A stretch of 64,000 bases of DNA, from contig OZ024762.1 of the NCBI GenBank assembly GCA_964016885.1, forward strand, positions 2,790,001 to 2,854,000. Direction: 5' to 3'. This DNA comes from Eledone cirrhosa (taxonomy: Eukaryota). The notes beneath the pieces were generated by a model, which saw nothing but the letters and a program-made list of their open reading frames with translations, had not been told where the DNA came from and did no database searches. The position numbers and the translations under genes are program-made. This document shows, in pieces, positions 1 to 12,585 of the stretch (position 1 is its first letter; every line of letters starts with the position of its first letter).

Positions 1-271
1 ACATGGTGTATTTCGTCATGGCACCAGCACTACCACCTTACAGGGTGGACTGGGTGTATTTCGTCTTGGCACCAGAACTACCACCTTACAGGGTGGACTG
101 GGTGTATTTCGTCTTGGCACCAACACTACCCCCTTACAGGGTGGACTGGGTGTATTTCGTCTTGGCACCAACACTACCCCCTTACAGGGTGGACTGGGTG
201 TATTTCGTCTTGGCTCCAACACTACCCCCTTACAGGGTGGACTGGGTGTATTTCGTCATGGCACCAACACT
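1..271. repeat. 48-bp minisatellite, ~5.5 copies
   Basis: Unit GGTGTATTTCGTCTTGGCACCAACACTACCCCCTTACAGGGTGGACTG. Confidence 0.95.
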
Positions 272-311
272 ATATTCTGAAAACTATGATATATTTAAAT
301 TGTGAACTTAC

Positions 312-488
312 GAGGACAAACTGCATTATTTTCACAGACTTTTGTCTCAGATGATGGCCCTTCACAGTCTTTCCCTTCATAGCTAGGGTACGGGGCTGAG
401 CAGAGTCTCACTCGCCTCTGTGTCCCCTCTGGACCACAGATCCTGTTACATACTGACCAGCCACTCCATAATGTCCAGTTTCCATCAA
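312..488 (-). CDS. Coding exon: thrombospondin type-1 (TSP1) repeat 2 of a secreted/surface protein; gene continues beyond the left window edge
   Basis: Translates (V)DGNWTLWSGWSVCNRICGPEGTQRRVRLCSAPYPSYEGKDCEGPSSETKVCENNAVCP: WxxWxxW, CxxxC, RxRxC, six Cys. Acceptor TTTGACAG (AG at 490-489), donor GTAAGT (GT at 311-310), 177 nt, phase 1-1. Confidence 0.95.
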
Positions 489-870
489 CTGTCAAATAAA
501 ACAAAACACATTATTGCAAGGATCACTTCAACAACAACAGCAGCAATAATAAGTACAACAGCAGCAGCAGCAACAACAACAACAGCAGCAATAAGTACAA
601 AAGCAACAACAACAACAACAGCAGCAGCAATAATAAGTACAAAAGCAGCAACAACAACAACAACACCTACAATAAATCTTCAGCATAAAATCTGTTGTGT
701 TCTTAGCCAACTAAACTATCATCATCATCATTGCTGGTTCTATATGGTATTAAGGGTGGAGAGAACTGTCTGTCTGTCTGTCTGTCTGTCAGTCCATCTG
801 TCTGTCTGTCTGTCAGTCCATCTGTCTGTCTGTCTGTCTGTCAGTCAACACAACCTGTTCCAGGAATTGA

Positions 871-2132
871 ACCCACACCATCACCATCAGCCCCACACCA
901 TCACCATCAGCCCCACACCACCACCATCAGCCCCACACCATCACCATCAGCCCCACACCATCACCATCAGCCCCACACCACCACCATCAGCCCCACACCA
1001 TCACCATCAGCCCCACACCATCACCATCAGCCCCACACCACCACCATCAGCCCCACACCATCACCATCAGCCCCACACCACCACCATCAGCCCCACACCA
1101 TCACCATCAGCCCCACACCTTTACCACCAGCCCCACACCACCACCATCAGCCCCACACCATCACCATCAGCCCCACACCTTTACCACCAGCCCCACACCA
1201 CCACCATCAGCCCCACACCATCACCACCAGCCCCACACCATCACCATCAGCCCCACACCTTTACCACCAGCCCCACACCACCACCATCAGCCCCACACCA
1301 TCACCACCAGCCCCACACCATCACCATCAGCCCCACACCTTTACCACCAGCCCCACACCACCACCACCATCAGCCCAACACCATCACCACCAGCCCCACA
1401 CCATCACCATCAGCCCCACACCTTTACCACCAGCCCCACACCACCACCATCAGCCCCACACCACCACCATCAGCCCCACACCTTTACCACCAGCCCCACA
1501 CCACCACCATCAGCCCCACACCATCACCACCAGCCCCACACCATCACCATCAGCCCCACACCTTTACCACCAGCCCCACACCACCACCATCAGCCCCACA
1601 CCATCACCACCAGCCCCACACCATCACCATCAGCCCCACACCTTTACCACCAGCCCCACACCACCACCACCAGCCCAACACCATCACCACCAGCCCCACA
1701 CCATCACCATCAGCCCCACACCTTTACCACCAGCCCCACACCACCACCATCAGCCCCACACCATCACCACCAGCCCCACACCATCACCACCAGCCCCACA
1801 CCATCACCACCAGCCCCACACCACCACCATCAGCCCCACACCATCACCACCAGCCCCACACCATCACCATCAGCCCCACACCATCACCACCAGCCCCACA
1901 CCATCACCATCAGCCCAACACCACCACCACCAGCCCCACACCACCACCATCAGCCCCACACCACCACCATCAGCCCCACACCATCACCACCAGCCCCACA
2001 CCATCACCATCAGCCCCACACCATCACCACCAGCCCCACACCACCACCACCAGCCCCACACCATCACCATCAGCCCAACACCTTTACCACCAGCCCCACA
2101 CCATCACCATCAGCCCAACACCTTTACCACCA
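871..2132. repeat. 20-bp minisatellite, ~63 copies
   Basis: Unit CCCCACACCATCACCATCAG with CTTTA/CCACC variants. Confidence 0.95.
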
Positions 2133-2202
2133 GGATTAATATAGGAATTCTTTAATTTACCAAAATATCCCAAATTACTGCCAGAACTTTAACAAGAATG
2201 AA

Positions 2203-3030
2203 GTGGTAGTGGTGGTAGTGGTGGTGGTGGTGGTGGTGGTGTAGTGGTGGTGGTGTTGGTAGTAGTGGTGGTGGTAGTGGTGGTGGTGGTGGTGGTGGTG
2301 GTGTTGGTAGTAGTGGTGGTGGTAGTGGTGGTGGTGGTAGTGGTGGTGGTGGTAGTGGTGGTGGTGGTGGTGGTGGTGGTGGTGGTGGTGGTGGTGGTGG
2401 TGGTGTTGGTAGTAGTGGTGGTGGTAGTGGTGGTGGTGGTAGTGGTGGTGGTGGTGGTGGTGGTGGTGGTGGTGGTGGTGGTGTAGTGGTGGTGGTGTAG
2501 TGGTGGTGGTGGTAGTGGTGGTGGTGGTAGTAGTGGCGGTGGTGGTGGTGTAGTGGTGGTGGTGTAGTGGTGGTGGTGGTGGTGGTGGTGTAGTGGTGGT
2601 GGTGGTAGTAGTGGTGGTGGTAGTGGTGGTGGTGGTAGTGGTGGTGGTGGTGGTGGTGGTGTAGTGGTGGTGGTGTAGTGGTGGTAGTGGTGGTGTTGGT
2701 AGTAGTGGTGGTGGTGGTAGTGGTGGTGGTGGTGGTGGTGGTAGTAGTGGCAGTGGTGGTGTAGTGGTGGTGTAGTGGTGGTGGTGGTAGTGGTGGTGGT
2801 GGTAGTAGTGGCGGTGGTGGTGGTGGTAGTAGTGGCAGCGGTAGTGGTGGTGGTAGTAGAGGCGGCGGTGGTGGTGGTGGTAGTAGTGGCGGCGGTGGTG
2901 GTGGTAGTAGTGGCAGCGGTGGTGGTAGTGGTGGTGGCGGTGGTGGTGGTAGTAGTGGTGGTTGTAGTGGCGGCGGTGGTGGTGGTGGTAGTAGTAGTGG
3001 TGGTGGTACTAGCAGTAGTAGTGGTAGTGG
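2203..3030. repeat. (GGT/AGT)n compound microsatellite; similar tracts at 4600-5340, 5935-6180, 10490-11075, 16675-18055, 36555-37275, 39450-39790, 42125-42370, 63180-63385
   Basis: Direct inspection. Confidence 0.95.
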
Positions 3031-3109
3031 AATCATTACATTGCCACACCTGTGAGAAACTCTCAGTAATAAGTAGTAGTGGTAGTAGTAGTAGGGGTGG
3101 TGGTAGTAT

Positions 3110-3540
3110 ATGACAGCAGGGCTGTGGTGTAGGTGACAAAAGGCAGCGGGGGTGTGGTTTAGGTATAAGACAGTGGGGGGGTGTAGGTGACATAAGACAG
3201 TGGGGCTGGGGTGTAGGTATAAGACAGCGGGGGTGGGGTGTAGGTGACAAAAGACAGCAGGGGTGTGGTTTAGGTATAAGACAGCAGGGGTGTGGTGTTG
3301 GTATAAGACAGCGGTGTGTGGTGTAGGTGACATAAGACAGCAGGGGTGTGGTGTAGGTATAAGACAGCGGGGCTGTGGTGTACGTGACATAAGACAGCGG
3401 TGGTGGGGTTTAGGTATAAGACAGTGGGGGTGTGGTGTAGGTGACATAAGACAGCGGGGATGTGGTGTAGGTGACATAAGACAGCTGGGGTGTGGTTTAG
3501 GTATAAGACAGCGGGGCTGTGGTGTAGGTGACATAAGACA
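3110..3540. repeat. 27/30-bp minisatellite
   Basis: Unit GTGTGGTGTAGGT(GAC)ATAAGACAGCGGGG. Confidence 0.92.
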
Positions 3541-3548
3541 TTACTCAC

Positions 3549-3716
3549 CAGGACAGTGTGACAGGTAACACTGCGTTATTTGTGTTTCTTTTTTCTCCTG
3601 GTCCTCGTTGCCATCGACGACGATATAGCGCGTTCTTTCTTCAGTGCCAAATCCGCAGGTCTTTGAGCAACCAGAAAGAGATCCCCAGGGACCCCATGTC
3701 ATCACAACCGACAGCA
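3549..3716 (-). CDS. Coding exon: end of signal peptide plus TSP1 repeat 1 (absent from the ORF track)
   Basis: Translates (V)LSVVMTWGPWGSLSGCSKTCGFGTEERTRYIVVDGNEDQEKKETQITQCYLSHCP. Acceptor ATTTTCAG (3718-3717), donor GTGAGT (3548-3543), 168 nt, phase 1-1. Joins the next exon as G|TT = Val, giving CPVDGNW. Confidence 0.93.
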
Positions 3717-3845
3717 CTGAAAATACAACAAACAGACTTCAGATCATTTAGTACCGGGACCTCCCAGAAATTATTTTGTCAAAGAACCCTTACAAAATTA
3801 TAAAGAAATCTTGGAACCTTTCTATGATTTTTTTCATAAATCTCG

Positions 3846-4280
3846 TAGAGATGTAAACTTGTAGACATGTAGAGGTGTAGACATGTAGAGATGTAGACAT
3901 GTAGAGATGTAGAGATGTAGACATGTAGAGGTGTAGACATGTAGAGGTGTAGACATGTAGAGGTGTAGACATGTAGAGATGTAGACATGTAGAGATGTAG
4001 ACAGACGTGTAGAGGTGTAGACATGTAGAGGTGTAGACATGTAGAGGTGTAGACATGTAGCGATGTAGACAGACGTGTAGAGATGTAGACATGTAGAGAT
4101 GTAGACATGTAGAGATGTAGACAGACGTGTAGAGATGTAGACATGTAGAGATGTAGACATGTAGAGATATAGAGATGTAGACATGTATATAGACATGTAG
4201 AGATGTAGACAGACATGTAGACATGTATATAGACATGTAGAGATGTAGACAGACATGTAGAAATGTAGAGATGTAGATGT
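3846..4280. repeat. 8/16-bp tandem repeat
   Basis: TGTAGACA/TGTAGAGA units. Confidence 0.92.
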
Positions 4281-4291
4281 AATGTACTTAC

Positions 4292-4350
4292 CAGGATGGA
4301 TTAAAAGAAGTAGGAAGAATAGAAATTTGGTATCCATTTGGTAAGTGGTT
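4292..4350 (-). CDS. Signal-peptide exon of the TSP1 gene
   Basis: ATG at 4337-4335 gives MDTKFLFFLLLLIHP, then phase-1 donor GTAAGT (4291-4286). Spliced product MDTKFLFFLLLLIHPVLS-VVMTW is a typical signal peptide. Acceptor CTCTTTCAG (4352-4351). Confidence 0.88.
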
Positions 4351-5515
4351 CTGAAAGAGAAGATAACAGTGAAAATAACATTTAGAAGATACCAAGATAT
4401 CATCATCGTCATCATCATTATTATCATGATGATGATGATGATGATCTACCACCACCACCACCAACACCAACACCACAACCACCATTACCACCATCACCAC
4501 TACCATCTCTCAGTTGTTGTTACTGTTGTTGTTGTTGATACTATTATTGTTCCTGTCCATTACAGATTATCAATAATTCTTTACATTTGTTTCTGTTGAT
4601 GGTGGTGTTGGTGGTAGTAGTGGTGGTGTTGGTGGTAGTAGTGGTGGTGTTTGTGGTAGTAGTAGTGGTGGTGTTGGTGGTAGTAGTGGTGGTGTTGGTG
4701 GTAGTAGTGGTGGTGTTTGTGGTAGTAGTGGTGGTGTTGGTGGTGCTAGTAGTGGTAGTGTTGGTGGTAGTAGTGGTGGTGTTGGTGGTGGTAGTAGTGG
4801 TGGTGTTGGTGGTGCTAGTAGTGGTGGTGTTGGTGGTGCTAGTAGTGGTGGTGTTGGTGGTGCTAGTAGTGGTGGTGTTGGTGGTAGTAGTGGTGGTATT
4901 GGTGGTAGTAGTGGTGGTGTTGGTGGTGCTAGTAGTGGTGGTGTTGGTGGTGCTAGTAGTGGTGGTGTTGGTGGTAGTAGTGGTGGTGTTGGTGGTGCTA
5001 GTAGTGGTGGTGTTGGTGGTAGTAGTGGTGGTGTTGGTGGTAGTAGTGGTGGTGTTGGTGGTAGTAGTGGTGGTGTTGTTGGTGGTAGTAGTGGTGGTGT
5101 TGGTGGTAGTAGTGTTGTTGGTGTTGGTGCTAGTAGTGGTGGTGGTGGTGTTGGTGGTAGTAGTGGTGGTGTTGGTGGTAGTAGTGGTGTTGTTGGTGCT
5201 AGTAGTAGTGGTGGTGTTGGTGGTGGTGGTGTTGTTGTTGGTAGTGGTGGTGGTGTTGGTGGTGGTAGTAGTGGTGGTGTTGGTGGTGGTAGTAGTGATA
5301 GTGTTGTTGTTGGTAGTGGTGTTAATACTGTTGTTATTGCTGTTGTTTCTGTTGCTGTTTTTCCCTGTGTTTCTGTTACAAATTGCTCAGTTCCAGATCT
5401 TCCCTGAAGCAGAACAGCTTTGAAGGATTCCAAAATAAAATTATAAAATTCATCCAAAGAACTTTGCTAGATATTGGCAGCAGTCTCCATTGGCCCCCCC
5501 CCCCTCTCTCTCTCT

Positions 5516-5715
5516 NNNNNNNNNNNNNNNNNNNNNNNNNNNNNNNNNNNNNNNNNNNNNNNNNNNNNNNNNNNNNNNNNNNNNNNNNNNNNNNNNNNNN
5601 NNNNNNNNNNNNNNNNNNNNNNNNNNNNNNNNNNNNNNNNNNNNNNNNNNNNNNNNNNNNNNNNNNNNNNNNNNNNNNNNNNNNNNNNNNNNNNNNNNNN
5701 NNNNNNNNNNNNNNN
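5516..5715. other. Assembly gap (200 N)
   Basis: Run of exactly 200 N between (CT)n and (CA)n tracts, probably a placeholder length. Confidence 0.99.
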
Positions 5716-5759
<44 letters not shown>

Positions 5760-6989
5760 AGAGAGAGAAAGTGAGAAAGAGAGAGTGTTTGATTGTGTGA
5801 ATCTTCCAGTCCATTGCAACAAAAAGTAGCTTCACCGCTCTAACTGAGGATGCTCTCCTCATCTGTCTAACTTCAGAGTTAATGGATAGAAAATAACAAT
5901 GTTACAGGTATGGGGAGTGAAGTGGTGTATGATGGGTGGTAGTAGTAGTGGTGTGGTGGTGGTAGTGATGGTGGTGTGGTGGTAGCGATGGTGGTGGTTG
6001 TAGTAGTGGTGTGGTGGTAGTGATGGTTGTGTGGTTGTAGTAATGGTGGTGGTGTGATGGTGGTGTGGTGGTTGTAATAGTGGTGTGGTGGTTGTAGTGA
6101 TGGTTGTAGTAGTGGTGGTGTGGTGGTAGTAGTAGTGATGGTGGTGGTGGTGTGGTGATGGTGTGGTGGTGGTGGTGGGACTGCTGGAGTATAAAAAATA
6201 AACACTTAATAGAAAAATTGTGAAAGTTAATAATAAAAGGAATATGAAGGAATATGTTTAAAGAAGGAAATATTTTTTGAATGAAAACATTCATAAAATA
6301 AAATATAAATAAATCAAAGAAAAACTTTAGAAAAAAAATGAAATAAAACCTTTTGAGGAAATAAAAATAAAATAAAATATACAACGATAGGTGGTGGTGG
6401 TGGGTAGTGAAGGTATGGTGGTGGTGGTGGTGGTGGGGGGGGGGGGGGGGGGGGGTAGTGGAGGTCTGGTTTGTTTGTTTGATAAAATTCAGAACACTTG
6501 TTAACAGTGCATCTTTCGATATAAAGTTTTGGAGAAAACATTTTTGAATAACACTTTTGAAGAAAACACTTTTGAATAACACTTTTGACAAAGATTTTTG
6601 CAATAACACTTTTAATGAAAAAAGTTTTAATTAACACTTTAAACGATGATAATTTTGAAGAGAACTCTTTTGGATTACATTTTCTGAGGAAACTTTTCAA
6701 GTACGTTTTTTTTTTATTAAAGATTTTCAGAGAAAACTTTTGAAATGTATTTTGATTCTTCACTGTTAATGTCTTAATGTTACAGTTTCATGAGACAGTG
6801 GCACTGGGGCTTGGTGAGACAGTGGCATGATGGCACAGCTGTTACAGTGACACATCTGTCACAGTGTCACCATGTTACAGTGACACTACAGCAGTTACTG
6901 TGCCACAATAAGGTTAAAGTGACATCACACGGTTATAGTAACCTAACAAGGTCAGTGACCCAACAAAGTCACCATGACACAGTAAGGTC

Positions 6990-7327
6990 ACAGTAACAGC
7001 AGTCACGGTGACACAACAAAGTCGCAGTGACACAGCAAAGTCACGGTGACACAACAAAGTCACGGTGACACAACAAAGTCACAATGTCACAACAAAGTCA
7101 TGGTGTCAACAAAGTCACAGTGACACAACAAAATCATGGTGTCACAACAAAGTCACAGTGACACAACAAAATCATGGTGTCACAACAAAGTCACAGTGAC
7201 ACAACAAAGTCATGGTGTCACAACAAAGTCACAGTGACACAACAAAATCATGGTGTCACAACAAAGTCACAGTGACACAACAAAATCATGGTGTCACAAC
7301 AAAGTCACAGTGACACAACAAAGTCAG
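6990..7327. repeat. 20-bp minisatellite with 40-bp dimer structure
   Basis: Alternating CACAGTGACACAACAAAAT / CATGGTGTCACAACAAAGT units. Confidence 0.9.
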
Positions 7328-7589
7328 TTTAAGAGTAAAGTGTTTAATATTTAATGTGATGCAATAATATTGTTGTTTTGTATTGTTCGGGAATGACTTG
7401 CTAGTGTGCTTTCCTCTGGTTTGTTAATTCAAATGTCTAAACTACCTCTATTAGTGAACAGATTGTTGTGACAATTTGAAGTTTTAGTGTAAAGACCTTG
7501 ATTTTCAATGTGATGCAGTCATTGTGTTGTTTTATATTTGTATGTATAGCTAAGACATTAATAGTTAAAAACAATAATTTCCTACTCAC

Positions 7590-7721
7590 CGAATTTGATT
7601 TTTCATTGAAAGAAGTTTAAGGTAAAAACTAAAAAAAAACTTTATATTTCCTCTCGTAATTTTCCACACGTGTGTAGACTATTTCCACCTGTATCCCTTC
7701 TACACAGCCTTGTTTAATTTC
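7590..7721 (-). CDS. Upstream, mostly 5'UTR exon of the TSP1 gene with an in-frame ATG in its last 17 nt (7606-7590)
   Basis: Strong acceptor TTTCTCTCTATTTCCACAG (7723-7722) and donor CG|GTGAGT (7589-7584). ATG AAA AAT CAA ATT CG|A ACC ACT TAC CAA ATG reads MKNQIRTTYQM in frame with the signal peptide. Confidence 0.7.
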
Positions 7722-7792
7722 CTGTGGAAATAGAGAGAAAATAATATGTAAAAACAAACATACAACAACATAAACAATATGTAAACAATATA

Positions 7793-7823
<31 letters not shown>

Positions 7824-7886
7824 GGAGAAAGTATTTTGTTAGAGGTGCCTACTGACTGTAGGTTTCGCTTTGTTATACATATATAT

Positions 7887-8221
7887 AGGCACATGGCTTC
7901 GTGGTTAGAGCATTGGCCTTGCAATCGAAAGGTTGTGAGTTCAATTCTCAGACTGGGTGATGTGTTGTTCCCTTGAGCAAGACACTTTATTTCACATTGC
8001 TCCAGTTTACTCAGCTGTAGAAATGAGATGATAGGGACTGGGGTCCATATCATTCCATTGTAAAGTGGACGTGGAGGTGCCACGACACAAAAGCACCCAG
8101 CACTCACTGTAAATGAGGTTGGTGTTAGGAAGGGTATCCAGCTGTAGAAATCAAGCCAGCATCAATTCCCGTCCCACCCATGCAAGCAGGGAAAAACGGA
8201 CGTAAAATGATGATGATGATG

Positions 8222-8223
<2 letters not shown>
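7887..8223 (+). mobile_element. Full-length tRNA-derived SINE with RTE-type tail
   Basis: A box TGGCTTCGTGG, B box GAGTTCAATTC, body similar to 24711-25037, 3' end CCCACCCATGCAAGCAGGGAAAAACGGACGTAAA(ATG)n. Confidence 0.9.
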
Positions 8224-8266
<43 letters not shown>

Positions 8267-8271
<5 letters not shown>

Positions 8272-8444
8272 AAAACTCCATTATATCAAATACCATTATA
8301 ACAAATTTTTCAGTATAACAAAATGTTTTTCAATCCCCGGCCACACGTTCGATGTGTTGGGTTGATCTCATTATAAAGAATTTTTCATTACAACAAATTT
8401 TTTTTTATACCTCGTGAATTTCATTATAACAGAATTTCACTGTA
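8267..8444. mobile_element. Tc1/mariner-pogo-type MITE
   Basis: Imperfect TIRs CAGGTAAAACTCCATTATA / TATAACAGAATTTCACTG-TA with repeated TTATAAC motifs. Confidence 0.6.
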
Positions 8445-9002
8445 TATAAATATGTGTGTGTGTGTGTGTGTAAATAATAATTCCATATCCTTGAATGTTA
8501 AATGCTCTACTACCTGAACTGCCCTTAACAAGATATTTTAACTGTCAATAACTTAATCATCCAGTCTTGTATTCCCAAGAAACTGCGGTCTGTAATGTGT
8601 AGAGAGCTTCTCTCTTCTTACCAAAGAAAATTGTGAAGTACTACACTATAACCATATATAACCGTATACATACATACATACATACATACATACATGCAAG
8701 TGTGGAAACCCTGAACATAAGAACGGTGATGGTGATGGTGATGATATATATAAACGTCAGTGGGGGGAGGGATCCAAAATAAAATAAAATTAGAATAAAC
8801 AAGAAAGGAAGAATTAGATGACAAAGTTTGTGACATTTTCTCAGAATTGTCACAGAAAAAACATTCCATTTCTACTATCACATCATTTGTATATATATGT
8901 GTGTGTATATATATATATATATGTATACGCCCATAACACGTGTGCGTGTGTGTGTGTATATATATATATATATATTATATATAAATATATATATATATAT
9001 AT

Positions 9003-9033
<31 letters not shown>

Positions 9034-9107
9034 TATATATATAAATGAATACACACATATATATATGTATTCATTTATATGTATATATATATATAATATA
9101 TATATAT

Positions 9108-9152
<45 letters not shown>

Positions 9153-9544
9153 CACATGCACACACATGTGTTATGGGCGTATACATATGTGTGTGTGTTT
9201 TGTAAATGGGTTGTGTATTTACATGGATGTCTGTCTACATACACACACATACATATATGTTACATAGATACACACACACACATACACATACAGACAGACA
9301 CACACACACACACACATACAAACAGACACACACACATACAAACAGACACACACACATATATCTATGTTGGCCCCTCCCATCAAGAATGTATGAGCAACTG
9401 TGTGTTGAATCAACTAAATGACTTCCTCATTAAATTAGCATGCAAGTGACTGAGCATTCCACAGTCACATGTAGCAGTAACCTAATTCTAGTGCAACACA
9501 GCATGTGACACAGTTGCACATTTGAATATCAGACACAATCCACT

Positions 9545-9972
9545 AAACAGGCTTACACACAGTTTCTGCCTACCCACATTTTCTCACAAGGCTCGGATTA
9601 ACTGTAGGCTTTGGTAAAATGCCACTTAATAGAAATGTTACAGTTGAAGTAACCCAAGTACCTTGTGGTTGTAAAATGATCTTTATAACCCTGACTCAAC
9701 TGTGTCAGTAAACAATGGGTTTCCACATAGTTCCTGCCTACCAACATTTTCTCTCAATGCTCAGATTAACTGGAGAGTATGGAAAAAGGCAGTGAAAATG
9801 TTACAGTTGAAGCAACGCAGGTACCTTGTGGTTGTGAAGCAAACTTTAGGGCTTCCATACAGACCCTGTCTAGACAAATCCCTCACGGTGAAGATAGTTC
9901 TCCAGTATAGCACACTGTTGGATATAAGCCATGTGGCTGGGAATTGAATTTCTCAACCACGCAACCATATCT
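9545..9972 (-). mobile_element. Tandem of two to three degenerate SINE-like fragments of a second family
   Basis: 9545-9680 and 9710-9845 are diverged direct repeats (CTGCCTACC...AAATGTTACAGTTGAAG..GTACCTTGTGGTTGT). An A-box-like TGGTTGCGTGG lies on the minus strand near 9960. Confidence 0.55.
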
Positions 9973-11238
9973 AGGCTATATTACCAATACACATATATAT
10001 ACACACACACACATACATACATACATACATACACACACACATATATACATACACACACACATGCATACACATACACACATACGTACACACATACATACAT
10101 ACACATACACACATACATACACATACATACACATATATATACATACATATATATATACACACACACATACATATACACATACATACACACAAACATATGC
10201 ACATACATATACGCACACTCACACACACACATACCTACACACACATATTTTAAGAGAAAGACAACAAATTTCAGTAGTAATTTCTGGAGGAGGAGGTAGT
10301 GCTACTGAGTGTGTCTCCATGTATGTCTGTGGTGTGTGTGTGTGAGTGTGTGTTTGTGTGAGTGTTTGTGTGAGTGTGTGTGTGTGTGTTTGTGTGTTTG
10401 TGTGAGTGTGTGTTTGTGTGAGTGTGTGTGAGTGTGTGTTTGTGTGAGTGCCTTCAGCTAATAAATGACTGTAAACAATAAGTTCCCACACCACCACCAC
10501 ACCAGCACCACCACTACAACACCACCACAGCACCACTACACCACCACCACTACCATCACAACACCACTACACCACCACCACTACCATCATCATCACTATC
10601 ATCACCAACCACCACCACTACCACTACACCACCACCACTACCATCACCACCACTATCATCACCAACCAACACCACTACACCACCACCACACCACCACCAC
10701 CACCACTACCACACCACCACCACCACTACACCACCACCACTACCATCACCACCACTATCATCACCAACCAACACCACTACACCACCACCAAACCACCATC
10801 ATCACCACCACCACTACCACACCACCACCACCACTACACCACCACCACTACCATCACCACCACTATCATCACCAACCAACACCACTACACCACCACCACA
10901 CCACCATCATCACCACCACCACCACCACCACCACACCACCACCACACCACCATCATCACCACCACCACCACCACACCACCACCACACCACCATCATCACC
11001 ACCACCACCACCACACCACCACCACACCACCACCACACCACCACCACACCACCATCATCACCACCACCACCACCATTCCATCATCAATCTCCCTCAGTCC
11101 TTATTACTTTTTGTGACATTTTAACTGGGGTTGACATTCTCTATCTGAAATGACTAAGGGACTGCAAACATATAATTAGGGACACCCTTGTCTGTCTGTG
11201 TGGTTGCCCCTTCCTCAAATCTACTCCGGTATATAACC

Positions 11239-11304
<66 letters not shown>

Positions 11305-11579
11305 CAGCCTCTCTCTCTCTTATATATATAATTGTTTCTACTTTTGGCACAAGGCCAGCAATTATCCCAGTGTATTACTGGTACTTTATTTTACCGATCC
11401 CATAAGGATGAAAGGCAAAGTTAACTTCGGCGGGATATAATAACTAACAAAAAGTTTACATGCCAACACAAGAGCAAGAATGAGGGGGTCATTCTACTGA
11501 CATGGCTTTAAAGAGGCTGTTTGCATAATTGCAAAGGAATCGAATATTATTATTAATATTCGAAAATCTCAGATTACAT

Positions 11580-11582
11580 TTA

Positions 11583-11632
<50 letters not shown>

Positions 11633-11653
11633 TACATATATATACATATATAC

Positions 11654-11704
<51 letters not shown>

Positions 11705-11761
11705 CATATATATACATATATATACATATATATACATATATATACATATATATACATATAT

Positions 11762-11794
<33 letters not shown>

Positions 11795-11875
11795 TATATA
11801 TACATATATACATATATATACATATATATACATATATACATATATATACATATATACATATATATACATATATAC

Positions 11876-11918
<43 letters not shown>

Positions 11919-11919
11919 T

Positions 11920-12006
<87 letters not shown>

Positions 12007-12145
12007 TATACATATATATACATATATATACATATATATACATATATATACATATATATACATATATATACATATATATATATATATACATATATATACA
12101 TATATATACATATATATACATATATATACATATATACATATATAC

Positions 12146-12190
<45 letters not shown>

Positions 12191-12211
12191 TACATATATA
12201 TACATATATAC

Positions 12212-12244
<33 letters not shown>

Positions 12245-12245
12245 A
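11580..12245. repeat. Long (TA)n/(TACA) microsatellite; comparable tracts at 19030-19330, 45970-46520, 49395-49660, 50830-51632, 59945-60758 and many shorter sites
   Basis: Direct inspection. Confidence 0.95.
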
Positions 12246-12377
12246 ATTAAGAAAAACAATGAATAAAAACAAAGAACAAGTTCCTTATATTAAAAAAATT
12301 CATCATTTTAAGATCGTTTCTAGGATATATATGTGTGTTGGTATGTATATCATATAGATCTATGTAAATATATATAT

Positions 12378-12515
12378 ATATAACAAAGGAATTGTGGTAA
12401 GGAACCAAGTGGACCATAATGCACCAGAGTACTCAATACTTAGGGTAGTAGAGTGGGAAATAGGAAAAGGTATGACCCCAACGGCAGAGCTCAAGCCGTT
12501 TCGACGGCTATTTCT
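12378..12515 (-). mobile_element. Dispersed TA-flanked repeat family B, partial copy (Penelope-like terminus)
   Basis: Similar to 31668-31790 and to the reverse complement of 35795-35930 (GTACTCAATACTTAGGGTAGTAGAGTGGG; GAGCTCAAGCCGTTTCGACGGCTA). Confidence 0.7.
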
Positions 12516-12585
12516 TACATGATGGCTGCAACTCGATTTCAAGTAATGCCATTGCTTGATATAGATGTGGCTTTTTAGTCCTGCT

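Noticed and set aside
420-3534. Long His/Pro/Thr-rich ORFs
   Set aside because: Open in several frames because the repeat units lack stops; they lie in an intron of the TSP1 gene.
312-4337. Specific gene name (hemicentin, SCO-spondin, ADAMTS-like, semaphorin-5, UNC5)
   Set aside because: A signal peptide plus two TSP1 repeats is not diagnostic; downstream domains are outside the window.
11489-12272. YI/CV/HT-rich ORFs here and throughout the window
   Set aside because: Translations of (TA)n, (TG)n and (CA)n microsatellites.
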